From assembly GCA_017435615.1 (NCBI GenBank), contig JAFSET010000034.1:2772-66771 (forward strand): a stretch of DNA of 64,000 nucleotides, given 5' to 3'. A program made the position numbers and the translations under genes. Source of the DNA: Oscillospiraceae bacterium (lineage in GTDB: Bacteria; Bacillota; Clostridia; Oscillospirales; Oscillospiraceae). Positions 55,375 through 64,000 of this stretch are shown piece after piece (position 1 is the stretch's first letter; each line of letters opens with the position of its first letter). The notes under the pieces are model-generated. The model was not told where the DNA came from. It ran no database searches and saw nothing but the letters and a program-made list of their open reading frames with translations.

Positions 55375-57333
55375 TCAAGCTTGCGAAAGATTACGCTTTT
55401 TATGCGTCATAAGCTGCATGACCAGAACCACAGCCACGAGGCTGATGCCGATGGTATCGGTTACAATGCCGGGGTAGATCAGCAGAAGACCGCCTACCGC
55501 ACAGATCACGCGCTGATACCAGGGCATTCTGTCCAGGAAAAAGCCCTGCAGGGACGCGGAAACAGCAAAAATACCAATCAGCGAGGTCACACAAATCAGA
55601 ATGACCTCCCAGGCAGATGTGTCAATAAACAGCATTGCCGGGTTCAGGGCAAATACATACGGCACAATAAACGCGCCGATTGCCAGCTTTGTGGACGTAA
55701 ACGCAGTTTTCATGGGATTAGCCTGGGCAATGGCTGCTCCTGCGTAAGCCGCCAGCGCCACGGGAGGCGTCAAGTCCGCCACAATTCCGAAATAGAACAC
55801 GAAGAAGTGAGCTGCCAGGGCCGGTACGCCCATACGCACAAGAATGGGTGCGCAGGTAGCCGCCATAATGCAATAGTTGGCTGTAGTGGGAACGCCCATG
55901 CCCAAAACGATGCAGCACAGCATGGTCAAAAACAGCGCAATGATCAGATTATTGCCTGCCAAAGCAACGATGCCGTTGATGATCACATTGGCAAGGCCGG
56001 TCATAGTAATGATGCCGGAGATCACACCTGCAATACCGCAGGCTGCCGCAACGGTGATCATACCCTGTCCGCCGGAAGCCAGTGCTTCCCATATTTTTTT
56101 CGGGGTGATCCGGTTTCCTTTGTTAAACATGCTGACGATGATCACAGCCACGATAGCCAGTGCCGCAGCATACTGAATGGAATTCTGACTGGTGCCCACC
56201 AGGTACACCAGCAAAATAAGCGGAAACAGCAAATAACTCTGCTTCAAAAGCGGCAGAAACCTCGGTAGCTCTTCCTTGGTCAAGCCACGCAGGCCCTCTC
56301 TTTTTGCCTCCAGGTGAACCGCAATGAACACACCGGCAAAATAAAGAACCGCAGGCAAAATGGCACGGACAATAATGTTGCTGTAAGGAATACTGACATT
56401 TTCCGCCAGCAAAAACGCTGCCGCGCCCATAATCGGCGGCATGATCTGGCCGCCGGTGGATGCGGCTGCTTCTGCGGCCGCGGCAAATTCCGGTTTATAG
56501 CCTGTTTTCTTCATCAGCGGAATGGTAACAGAGCCGGAGCCAACTGTGTTGGCAACGGAAGAACCGGACACCATGCCCTCCATAGCGCTAACCACAACGG
56601 CAACCTTGGCAGGACCGCCGGAAAAACGGCCAACTGCGGCATTGGAGATGTTAATAAAGAAATCCGCAATACCGCTGCGCTCCAAAAAGGCACCGAAGAT
56701 GATGAACACCACGATAAACTTAGAGCAGACATTTACCGGCGTAGAGAAAATACCTGTTTTGCTGTAGAAAAGCTGCGGAACCATATAATTGATCTTGCCC
56801 CACAGGGAAGGATTGGCAAGGCCCCAGATCAGTGCGTACACGATCAGGATGCCTGCAATGATCAAAATAGGCAGGCCAACACTTCTGCGGCAAACCTCTG
56901 CCAAAGCCGCAATGCCCACAATGCCGATCACGATCTGATACCAGCTAAAGATCGCACCCTGCTGGATAATAGACATTGCGTTGAAGGTAAAGTACAAATA
57001 GGCAGCAGTACCGCACACCATCAGCAAAATATCATACCAGGGCATATGGTTGACTTTTTGATGACCCTTTTTCGCAGGGAAAACCAAATAGCCTAAAAAC
57101 ACGATAAAGGCCATAAAGGAAGTCAGCCGGATTTCCTCCAGCCAGGTAGTAAACAGGGTCACATAAATACAAAACAGGGAGAAAACCGCCAAGCAGCAGG
57201 TCACTGCGATCTTGGGGACGCCTTCCCAAATCCGGGTGTTGGACTCCCGGTCATATTTTTTCATCACCGACTCAAGATCCATAGGTTCCTGAGTTTCCGG
57301 TGCTTGTTTCTTTTTGAACAAAGCCATGGGCAC
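55375..57333 (-). CDS. TRAP transporter fused permease (4TM/12TM)
   Basis: GGPAKVAVV, SGSSVAN, ASTGGQIMPPIMGAAAF, TPPVALAAY. Confidence 0.95.
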   Translation of the reverse strand: MPMALFKKKQAPETQEPMDLESVMKKYDRESNTRIWEGVPKIAVTCCLAVFSLFCIYVTLFTTWLEEIRLTSFMAFIVFLGYLVFPAKKGHQKVNHMPWYDILLMVCGTAAYLYFTFNAMSIIQQGAIFSWYQIVIGIVGIAALAEVCRRSVGLPILIIAGILIVYALIWGLANPSLWGKINYMVPQLFYSKTGIFSTPVNVCSKFIVVFIIFGAFLERSGIADFFINISNAAVGRFSGGPAKVAVVVSAMEGMVSGSSVANTVGSGSVTIPLMKKTGYKPEFAAAAEAAASTGGQIMPPIMGAAAFLLAENVSIPYSNIIVRAILPAVLYFAGVFIAVHLEAKREGLRGLTKEELPRFLPLLKQSYLLFPLILLVYLVGTSQNSIQYAAALAIVAVIIVSMFNKGNRITPKKIWEALASGGQGMITVAAACGIAGVISGIITMTGLANVIINGIVALAGNNLIIALFLTMLCCIVLGMGVPTTANYCIMAATCAPILVRMGVPALAAHFFVFYFGIVADLTPPVALAAYAGAAIAQANPMKTAFTSTKLAIGAFIVPYVFALNPAMLFIDTSAWEVILICVTSLIGIFAVSASLQGFFLDRMPWYQRVICAVGGLLLIYPGIVTDTIGISLVAVVLVMQLMTHKKRNLSQA

Positions 57334-57397
57334 CTCCTAAACATGCAAGGATAAAACGGCTGCGACGCATAAACGCCGCAGCCGCAAATGCTGATCA

Positions 57398-58354
57398 TCA
57401 GCCAGCGTCTACTTCGACACCCTTTTCAGCAAAGTACTTTGCAGCACCGGCATGGAAGGGAGCGGTCATACCGCTGGTAGCGTTTTCAATGCTCAGCTCA
57501 GCGCCCTTGCCGTGCTCAGCAGTGATTGCTTCGATATTATCAAAAATGGCAGCAGTCAGCTTGTATACATCCTCCTCAGATGCCTTGGCATCCACGATCA
57601 GAGTTGCCTTAACGGTAACGGTCTGGATATCCTCAGTCTGGCCTTCGTATGTACCGGCAGGAATGGTGTAGACGGTATAGAAGGGAGAAGAGCTCATCAG
57701 GGCCTGAGCAACATCGCCGTCAATGGGAACGATGGATGCGGCGTTGGTGGTGCACAGCTCGGTGATTGCGGGGGTGGGAGCGCCGGCAACGATAAAGGCA
57801 GCATCGATCTTGCCATCCTTCAAAGCGTCGGTGCTGTCACCAAAGCTCTGATACTGGGGATTGATGTCCTCTTCGGTCAGACCGGCAGCGGTCAATACAT
57901 CGATGGCGTTGAAATAAACGCCGGAGCCGGGAGCGCCAATGGAAACGTTCTTGCCCTTCAGGTCCGCAACAGACTTGATCTCGGGATCCATGGTCAGAAG
58001 CTGAACAGCCTCAGCGTACAGGCCGGCAACCACACGGAAGGAATCAACCTTGCCCTCGCTCTCGAAGGAACGGGTGCCCTCCCAGGCGTAAGCCATAACA
58101 TCGGACTGAACAGTTGCAAGCTGGTAGTTGCCTGCGTCGATACCCTGAATGTTTGCCTTGGAGCCGTCGGTGGAAACAACGGTAACATTGATACCGGCTT
58201 TATTCAGCATGTACTGGCCCAGAATTCCGCCGTAACCGTAGTAGGTGCCGGAAGGACCGCCAGTGCCCATGGTCATCTTGGTGCCGGAACCGCCACAGGC
58301 GACCAGTGCCAAAGCCATAACCAAAACCAATGCGATAGAAATGATCTTTTTCAT
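57398..58354 (-). CDS. TAXI-family TRAP solute-binding lipoprotein
   Basis: LVAC lipobox, TGGPSGTYY, STDGSKAN, VQSD, PFHAGA; start moved to MKKIIS. Confidence 0.95.
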   Translation of the reverse strand: MKKIISIALVLVMALALVACGGSGTKMTMGTGGPSGTYYGYGGILGQYMLNKAGINVTVVSTDGSKANIQGIDAGNYQLATVQSDVMAYAWEGTRSFESEGKVDSFRVVAGLYAEAVQLLTMDPEIKSVADLKGKNVSIGAPGSGVYFNAIDVLTAAGLTEEDINPQYQSFGDSTDALKDGKIDAAFIVAGAPTPAITELCTTNAASIVPIDGDVAQALMSSSPFYTVYTIPAGTYEGQTEDIQTVTVKATLIVDAKASEEDVYKLTAAIFDNIEAITAEHGKGAELSIENATSGMTAPFHAGAAKYFAEKGVEVDAG

Positions 58355-58966
58355 ATTTTTCCTCTCCTTATCAAAAAATAAGATATTTGCATTATACAAA
58401 AACCTTTCATATTATGCAAGAACTATTTTTGTAAAATTCATAATTCTGTGCAGTATATACAGAATAACGGAAAAAATCACGGTGTTTTCATACAGAACGC
58501 CTATATAATTTGTCCTTGTGGCAAAAACATTCTTCCACCGCTGATGCTACTTTTCACTCATTCCTTCAATTTATGGGGTTTTTTAGCCCTAGGATCGTCA
58601 TCTTGGATGAAATATTGCAGGAATGTTTTGTTGAAATTGCATTTTGCATAATTTCCTGCATAATTGGATATAAGCATACAGGCACACTGGCAAAATAATG
58701 TCATTCCGCTATCATATGATGGTATGACTGCATTTGGTGAACATGCAGCCTGACGATTACAGCTTAGTTATTTCACAGAGAAAAAGTGTACTGCCAATCT
58801 ATTTGGCCGTTTCGCTGAACAAAACGCATTTTCGCTCCGGTTTCATAGATCCTCCCCCAATCATGTTGCAAGCATGAGCCTGCCTCCCAGCCGGAAAGCA
58901 TAAGCAAAAATCTCCCTTTCAATCAGGCCATACATCTTGTTACGCAAACTGCGTTTTGCCGTTGCA

Positions 58967-59728
58967 TTACTCAATCACCAATTCTGTACCGTAGCTATTA
59001 TCGATAATTCCCGTTTCTATATGCCGGTAAAAGATATTGTAGGTGTAGCGCAACTGGTCAGTACGGAAATTGTAGGTGTAGAGTGTGGATTCAGCATTGA
59101 TCTCAACACCTTCGCCCAAAAGATTTTCCCGCTGCTGCTCATGCGTGTTTATGAAGTGCTCATACTTTTCCAACAGAGCCTCCTCGTCCAGGGGGCTATC
59201 CAGATAGGAATAAACTGCGGTATGGGCAGTGCCGTTTTCAATATGGATGGTTACAGCCCGGTTGGTGGCAATGATACCATCCACCCAATAGGTCATGGCA
59301 AGTGTTCCTTGATCCTGCTCCGGCGTGTAATAGTGTATGTAGAATTTCCAATGTTCGTCCAGTGTTAGTCCCACTTCTTTTTCCAGAGTCGCCGCAACAG
59401 AGGAAAGAAACGGATCGTTTTCGTATGTCTTCAGTGCTGTTTCCGGCAAGACCAAATCTTCCAGAAGGATAGAAATCTTCTCGGTTTCTGCTTCCATGCC
59501 CTCGTATGACGATTCATCCAACTTAAACTCCCGCAACTCCAGCAAAACCTTCTGCTGGCCAGGTGTCTCCGTGGGAGCTGTGGTAGGGTTTGTGGTTGAC
59601 ACTGACCCACTCTGTGCCGTGGTAGGGGATGTAGGCTGCGCAGTGGGCTGAACAGGGTCCTTCGGCTCCGAATTGCAGCCACAAAGAATCAATATCAACA
59701 GTATAAATAAAATGATAACCTTTTTCAT
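58967..59728 (-). CDS. Hypothetical lipoprotein
   Basis: LCGC lipobox, Pro/Thr-rich linker; downstream of the ECF pair. Confidence 0.8.
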   Translation of the reverse strand: MKKVIILFILLILILCGCNSEPKDPVQPTAQPTSPTTAQSGSVSTTNPTTAPTETPGQQKVLLELREFKLDESSYEGMEAETEKISILLEDLVLPETALKTYENDPFLSSVAATLEKEVGLTLDEHWKFYIHYYTPEQDQGTLAMTYWVDGIIATNRAVTIHIENGTAHTAVYSYLDSPLDEEALLEKYEHFINTHEQQRENLLGEGVEINAESTLYTYNFRTDQLRYTYNIFYRHIETGIIDNSYGTELVIE

Positions 59729-59754
59729 AAACGTTTCCTTTCAGGCAATGTGAT

Positions 59755-60699
59755 TTAATCTAAATTTCTATCGATCCATTCGTGCATTTGCTCGTCGATC
59801 TTGAAGTAAGACATAGTTCCTCCACCGTCGATCCAATCAAAGTTTGGATGTAACCCAATGAAGAACCGCAATCCGCCAGTAGTTTCAATACAAAGGCATC
59901 TATAGTCGTCGGCAAACGCAATATGTGCCTGCTGCTGTGACTCCTCACTGGAAAAACCACCAAACATTAGTTTCTGGAAATCATCATTGCTGTAGCTCCG
60001 GAGAGCAACAGTCATGTCATAAAACTCCGTTATTTCCTGCCGAGCTGTTACCGGTGTACCAACCACCTTGCTTCTGTCCCAATTCATTTCCGTAATAGAT
60101 GCAATGTCGTCAGCTCTTTCAATCCCGTACACACGGTAAAGTTCCATCAGTTCTGTTTTTGTGCTGCTGTCAAACTGAAAGAAATTACAGAACAGTGCAG
60201 CATACCATGCATCGCTATCTCGCAAAACATACACACCATCACATATAGAAGGTGCATACTGATACAGTTCGATTTCGGTATCGCTTGCGGCGTATTCGTA
60301 ACTAACACTTCCGTCAGATTTTAGATAGGAAAGGTGTTCACCTGCCATATCAGCAGTAATCTCGGACGGCAAGCCGTACTTCTCAAGGACTTCTGGAATA
60401 TCGACTACCTCATAAATCTTTCCGTTGTATTCAAGTGCCGCAATTGCATGGACATGATCGTAGCTACTGGGGGGGATTGAATCGTAGTTACCGGGAAGAA
60501 AAAAGTCTTGATTGCCGGGGGGATTCTTGACATGAAGAAGGGGAATGACGATGCTCGCGACCAAACACAAGCATGCCACCATTGCCGCCCATCTTACCCA
60601 TACCACAGCGTAACCTTTCTTCTCTGTAGTAATGGCTGCATCCTCGATTAGCTCGTTACTGATTTTCCCCATTGCATTTAAAAGCTTCTCATTTTTCAC
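59755..60699 (-). CDS. Probable membrane anti-sigma factor
   Basis: LLNAMGKISNELIEDA N-terminus, one TM helix (WAAMVACLCLV); overlaps the sigma stop. Confidence 0.75.
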   Translation of the reverse strand: MKNEKLLNAMGKISNELIEDAAITTEKKGYAVVWVRWAAMVACLCLVASIVIPLLHVKNPPGNQDFFLPGNYDSIPPSSYDHVHAIAALEYNGKIYEVVDIPEVLEKYGLPSEITADMAGEHLSYLKSDGSVSYEYAASDTEIELYQYAPSICDGVYVLRDSDAWYAALFCNFFQFDSSTKTELMELYRVYGIERADDIASITEMNWDRSKVVGTPVTARQEITEFYDMTVALRSYSNDDFQKLMFGGFSSEESQQQAHIAFADDYRCLCIETTGGLRFFIGLHPNFDWIDGGGTMSYFKIDEQMHEWIDRNLD

Positions 60700-61256
60700 A
60701 GGGATATTCCCTCCTTTTCAAGATGCAATTTCAGTTTTATTCTCATTCGGAAAAGCAAGGACGCAACTCTACTTTCGCTCGTACGATAGGCGACTGAGAG
60801 ATCCCGGATAGAATACAGATACCAGTACCGTCCAATGAAGATGTTGCGCTCTGTTCGGGGTTGCGCGCGGAGAAAAGTTTCGATAGCACTCACCAGTACC
60901 ATTTCATCCGTAATCTGTTCCATATCCGTGTAGAAAGGAACACATTCCTCAAACTCTGACAAGGCAAGTTCTACCTGTCCTTTTCCACGCTTCTGAGTAG
61001 TCAGCAGCTTATAGCGATTAAGAGAAAGATTGCGCGTAATCTTACCAAGATAGGTTGCCAAACGGTTAGGCCGGTTGGGTGGAATTGATTTCCACGCATT
61101 CATCCAAGTGTCGTTGACACATTCCTCTGCGTCTTCGTTGTTATAGAGAATATTGTAGGCAATCGAGTAGCAGTAGTTTCCGTATGTATCAGCGGTTGCA
61201 TTAATGGCTGCTTCATCCCGGTTCCAAAACAGTTCGATTATCTCATTGTCTTTCAT
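60696..61256 (-). CDS. ECF sigma-70 factor
   Basis: DAEECVNDTW, YLGKITRNLSLN, RNIFIGRYW...LFRMR. Confidence 0.92.
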   Translation of the reverse strand: MKDNEIIELFWNRDEAAINATADTYGNYCYSIAYNILYNNEDAEECVNDTWMNAWKSIPPNRPNRLATYLGKITRNLSLNRYKLLTTQKRGKGQVELALSEFEECVPFYTDMEQITDEMVLVSAIETFLRAQPRTERNIFIGRYWYLYSIRDLSVAYRTSESRVASLLFRMRIKLKLHLEKEGISL

Positions 61257-61374
61257 TGCGTCCTCCTTTCCTTGCTGCGTAAAGGCCTTTCACCTATATA
61301 CACAACAAATAATCACTTTCATTGCATCTAAAAAGGTAATTTCAAAAACTTTGTACAATTATTGAGCATATAAC

Positions 61375-61405
61375 ATAAGGGCAGGATAAGTCATCCTGCC
61401 CTTAT
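61375..61405. terminator. Hairpin terminator
   Basis: ATAAGGGCAGGAT/ATCCTGCCCTTAT stem. Confidence 0.6.
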
Positions 61406-61457
61406 CACTATATTGAGTAGCACAATAATGATCAGTCATACCTGTCGCAAGGGTGTA

Positions 61458-61754
61458 CTATTTTTTAGTAATGACAATTGATAAGGCACGGAGTATTGTT
61501 GCTTTTAGTATGTCATTATCTTTTCCAATTCTAATACCAAAGACGTCCTTCATCGATGTTCCAAACGCTTGATAAAGCCCCCCAAAGAGCTCTTTCGCTA
61601 GTCCAGAAGTGATATAGGTTACATTAGTAAAATCCAAGATGATCCGACTTGGGTTCTTTTCATTATACAGTTGCACTATCTTATGAAGCCATATCTGCTC
61701 ATCCTTTGTTTTCTTTTTGGATACTATATCATGGATCAGCAGACTTGCCAACAC
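61458..61754 (-). CDS. STAS-like (DUF4325-type) small protein
   Basis: IILDFTNVTYITSGLAKELFGGL matches the STAS-like core; TTG start uncertain. Confidence 0.6.
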   Translation of the reverse strand: MLASLLIHDIVSKKKTKDEQIWLHKIVQLYNEKNPSRIILDFTNVTYITSGLAKELFGGLYQAFGTSMKDVFGIRIGKDNDILKATILRALSIVITKK

Positions 61755-61943
61755 TTTTGTTCAAAAGCTCATTTTTATATATGGAAAGTTCATTACATAA
61801 TACCAACGATTCAGTACATTTAATCGTACAATTAAAACTAATATTCTCAGCAATCGAAATCAAAAACAGATAATCTTCAATCGTACTTGCTTTTTCGCGA
61901 TATTATCGTAATACCATAGCTAACGAAAAAGGAGGTCCTTTTT

Positions 61944-62090
61944 ATGAAAATTTCTATGCGACCGGCGACAAAACTGCCGGAGATTATCATACACAGAAAA
62001 GTCGCTGCTTACTGTTGGGTCAGTACCACAGTTTGGAAGCGCAGTTATACTGCACGTACACCGATGGACCGCAAGTTCAAAATGCATTGA
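61944..62090 (+). pseudogene. Large serine recombinase remnant
   Basis: GGAGG RBS; KVAAYCWVSTT (family motif AAYCRVST) followed by SLEAQ in a shifted frame; stops after 48 codons. Confidence 0.75.
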
Positions 62091-62140
62091 AATAAAAATA
62101 GAAGAAAGCCAACATCCTTTACAGGATGCGGCTTTCTTCT

Positions 62141-62226
62141 ATGGACTCTCCCACGGGCTAAAAATTGCTCGCCAGCTCTCAATTTTTACACCAGTGTGCG
62201 CACTGGTGCCGCCCTTTCGAGTCCAT
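62141..62226. repeat. Branched palindromic element with a tRNA T-arm-like end
   Basis: ATGGACTC/GAGTCCAT and GGGC/GCCC stems enclosing hairpins TAAAAATTG/CAATTTTTA and CACCAGTG/CACTGGTG. Confidence 0.65.
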
Positions 62227-62235
62227 CCTTCCAAT

Positions 62236-62283
62236 GTACCAATAATAAAAGGGAGGCTATTGCCTCCCTTTTATTATTGGTAC
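62236..62283. terminator. 22-bp perfect inverted repeat (bidirectional terminator or element end)
   Basis: GTACCAATAATAAAAGGGAGGC-TATT-GCCTCCCTTTTATTATTGGTAC. Confidence 0.75.
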
Positions 62284-62361
62284 GAGGGTTAATAACGGAC
62301 TTGACTTAAACTAATAAAATACCGGCAGAAACATACATATTCTTAAGTAAAAATCGCAGTA

Positions 62362-63954
62362 TTACTTCTTTTTGTAAAAAAAGCGATTCGCAATTGCCAC
62401 GATATCACAAGCTGAAGTTACTTCCTCTGTATTGCTATGTTTTCTAATATAGACTTTATTATTAAAGTAGGAAATATCATTTTGCGGAGGAACTTCAATC
62501 CGAACAACAGAAAGATCCCTATAGGTTACGATATCTATATTGGGAAGAACCGACAAGGCTAATGCCGTAGACAGTTTAGGGGTATCAATTGCATTTTTGA
62601 TTCGCCTACAATATTCTTCAACTGAGATGTTTAAGACTTTAGTCTCCCGTTCAATTCCAACAATGTAGTGATCTGCCACATATAGTGGTTTGATATGGTC
62701 TAGATCTGCAATTCGCAGGGCATCTCGTTGCTTATCGGCTATACCAATAAACAAGTAAGCAGAACTAGATAGGCAGGAATTTGCCATACCGCATATTGTT
62801 TCTAGAATCGTATTCATTAGGTGTTCATTCTCATTGCGCTGCTCATCTAGGAACAATATGCCTTGCTTAAACTCATATCCTGCAGTTTCCACTTTTGCAC
62901 GATATAGAGCAGCTTCCAGTTCGCTTATACCAATTGCTTCCCCTACTTTTTCTTCTATGCAGTTTTGTGTAATTTGGAATCTGGCATAACCCATCAAACA
63001 AGCATACTGCTTTTCTGATATAGCATCGTGGGGCACCAGCTGATTGATCTCACTAAATGCCAGACTTAGAGATGCAGTATTGGCTATTTTAGCACCTTCA
63101 AGCAGCAAATTGTATAATGCTAAGAAACTGACATAGAAACCTTCTTCAGACAATCTGTCTATATTTGCCATAGGCATTGCCAGCAGAGAAAATACTTCTT
63201 CCAACTGCGAGTTAAACACAGTAATTGGAAAGGCTTCGAGCTTAGCCTCAATCTCTTTGTGTAGTTCGCTATTTGTATTGTATGCTTCATCCAACAGAAC
63301 TTCATCATGCGGTTGGCAGTGGCCTTGGATAATTGCTATGAGAATTCTGGAAAACAGAACCTCATCAGCCCCTTGCTGGAGTTCTTTCTTTGAAAAAACT
63401 CCAAACTTCTCCCATATATTCGATGTGAGTCCATTCAGTACAGAATCGGCAGAACTCGCCTTTGATGGATAAGCCTCGTTTGTTAGTGCTTTTACCGTCT
63501 CGGCAAAACGTCCTTTTGCGTTTATTCGCCGGATTTCTTGAGCGGTAAGCGGCTCTCCTGCTGTGTTTATTAAGCGAAATACTTCTGTTATCTTTTCTGT
63601 GCTAATCACATCGTTAAGCACAAAGAAATATAGTTTTTTATTTAGAAATTCTTGCTGTTGAGATTCGTCAAAAGCAATAGAGTTAATCTGAAAATCATTA
63701 TCAATAAAATTGCAAATGGTCTTTATTCTTTGCTGGCCATCTATAATATCGTAGCTGTTACATTGTTCGCCTTTTGCAATGAACATTTGTCCGATATATA
63801 TTCCTTGCATAATGCTATCAATTAAAAGTTCCTGCTGAGTTTCGCTCCAAACGAATTCGCGTTGATATGCGGGTACCCGCAACTGTCCTTGTTTCATCAT
63901 TTGATAAACATCAGCAATGCAAATTTGCTTCTGCTCCTTATCCATTTGGTTCAC
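62362..63954 (-). CDS. DUF262 (ParB-like/GmrS) plus C-terminal Schlafen/AlbA_2 fusion, candidate defence protein
   Basis: PAYQREFVW, LIDSI, IIDGQQR, FRLINTAG (DUF262); ETAGYEFK, ICGMAN, LFIGIAD, VYIR (AlbA_2); AT-rich DNA. Confidence 0.85.
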   Translation of the reverse strand: MNQMDKEQKQICIADVYQMMKQGQLRVPAYQREFVWSETQQELLIDSIMQGIYIGQMFIAKGEQCNSYDIIDGQQRIKTICNFIDNDFQINSIAFDESQQQEFLNKKLYFFVLNDVISTEKITEVFRLINTAGEPLTAQEIRRINAKGRFAETVKALTNEAYPSKASSADSVLNGLTSNIWEKFGVFSKKELQQGADEVLFSRILIAIIQGHCQPHDEVLLDEAYNTNSELHKEIEAKLEAFPITVFNSQLEEVFSLLAMPMANIDRLSEEGFYVSFLALYNLLLEGAKIANTASLSLAFSEINQLVPHDAISEKQYACLMGYARFQITQNCIEEKVGEAIGISELEAALYRAKVETAGYEFKQGILFLDEQRNENEHLMNTILETICGMANSCLSSSAYLFIGIADKQRDALRIADLDHIKPLYVADHYIVGIERETKVLNISVEEYCRRIKNAIDTPKLSTALALSVLPNIDIVTYRDLSVVRIEVPPQNDISYFNNKVYIRKHSNTEEVTSACDIVAIANRFFYKKK

Positions 63955-64000
63955 CTGCCTTGATGTGCTCTTATGACAAATTGTACCATGAACCCACAGA

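Noticed and set aside
58360-58960. Short ORFs and TGCATAA-like repeats upstream of the TAXI gene
   Set aside because: ORFs lack support and the motifs are too short in AT-rich DNA to call an operator
62141-62241. Intact tRNA gene
   Set aside because: No D-arm or 7-nt anticodon loop in proper geometry, and T-loop to CCA spacing is wrong

Overview
Chromosomal window from a spore-forming Clostridia-class bacterium (spoIVA, whiA, recD2 and Firmicutes-type RBS and promoters; Oscillospiraceae-like by gene content, which is an inference). The core is housekeeping: efp, spoIVA, mnmE, cysteine desulfurase, recD2-comF-mreB, a long minus-strand run murB-whiA-dnaE-lipoprotein/two-component system-prmC-recA-recX-rimO-pgsA, and a TRAP/TAXI transporter. 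Two giant surface proteins (about 1775 and 2919 aa) sit in the middle. Both ends are accessory and AT-richer: a tandem array of paralogous membrane/lipoprotein genes on the left, and on the right an ECF module, a deleted serine recombinase and a DUF262-Schlafen/AlbA_2 candidate defence gene. The most unusual signals are non-coding: (i) a ~185-bp MITE, in two full copies and one partial copy, that inserts next to hairpins and duplicates the whole hairpin (26 and 35 bp); (ii) a 178-bp element of 4+4 complementary 9-mer boxes separated by mini-hairpins, which can fold into a ladder of four-way junctions and shows a compensatory change; (iii) a 6S-like rod RNA candidate after spoIVA; (iv) a branched element with tRNA-3'-end-like arms at the island junction. 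No rRNA, intact tRNA, CRISPR-Cas or intact transposase was seen. All protein family calls are by motif recognition, not database search.
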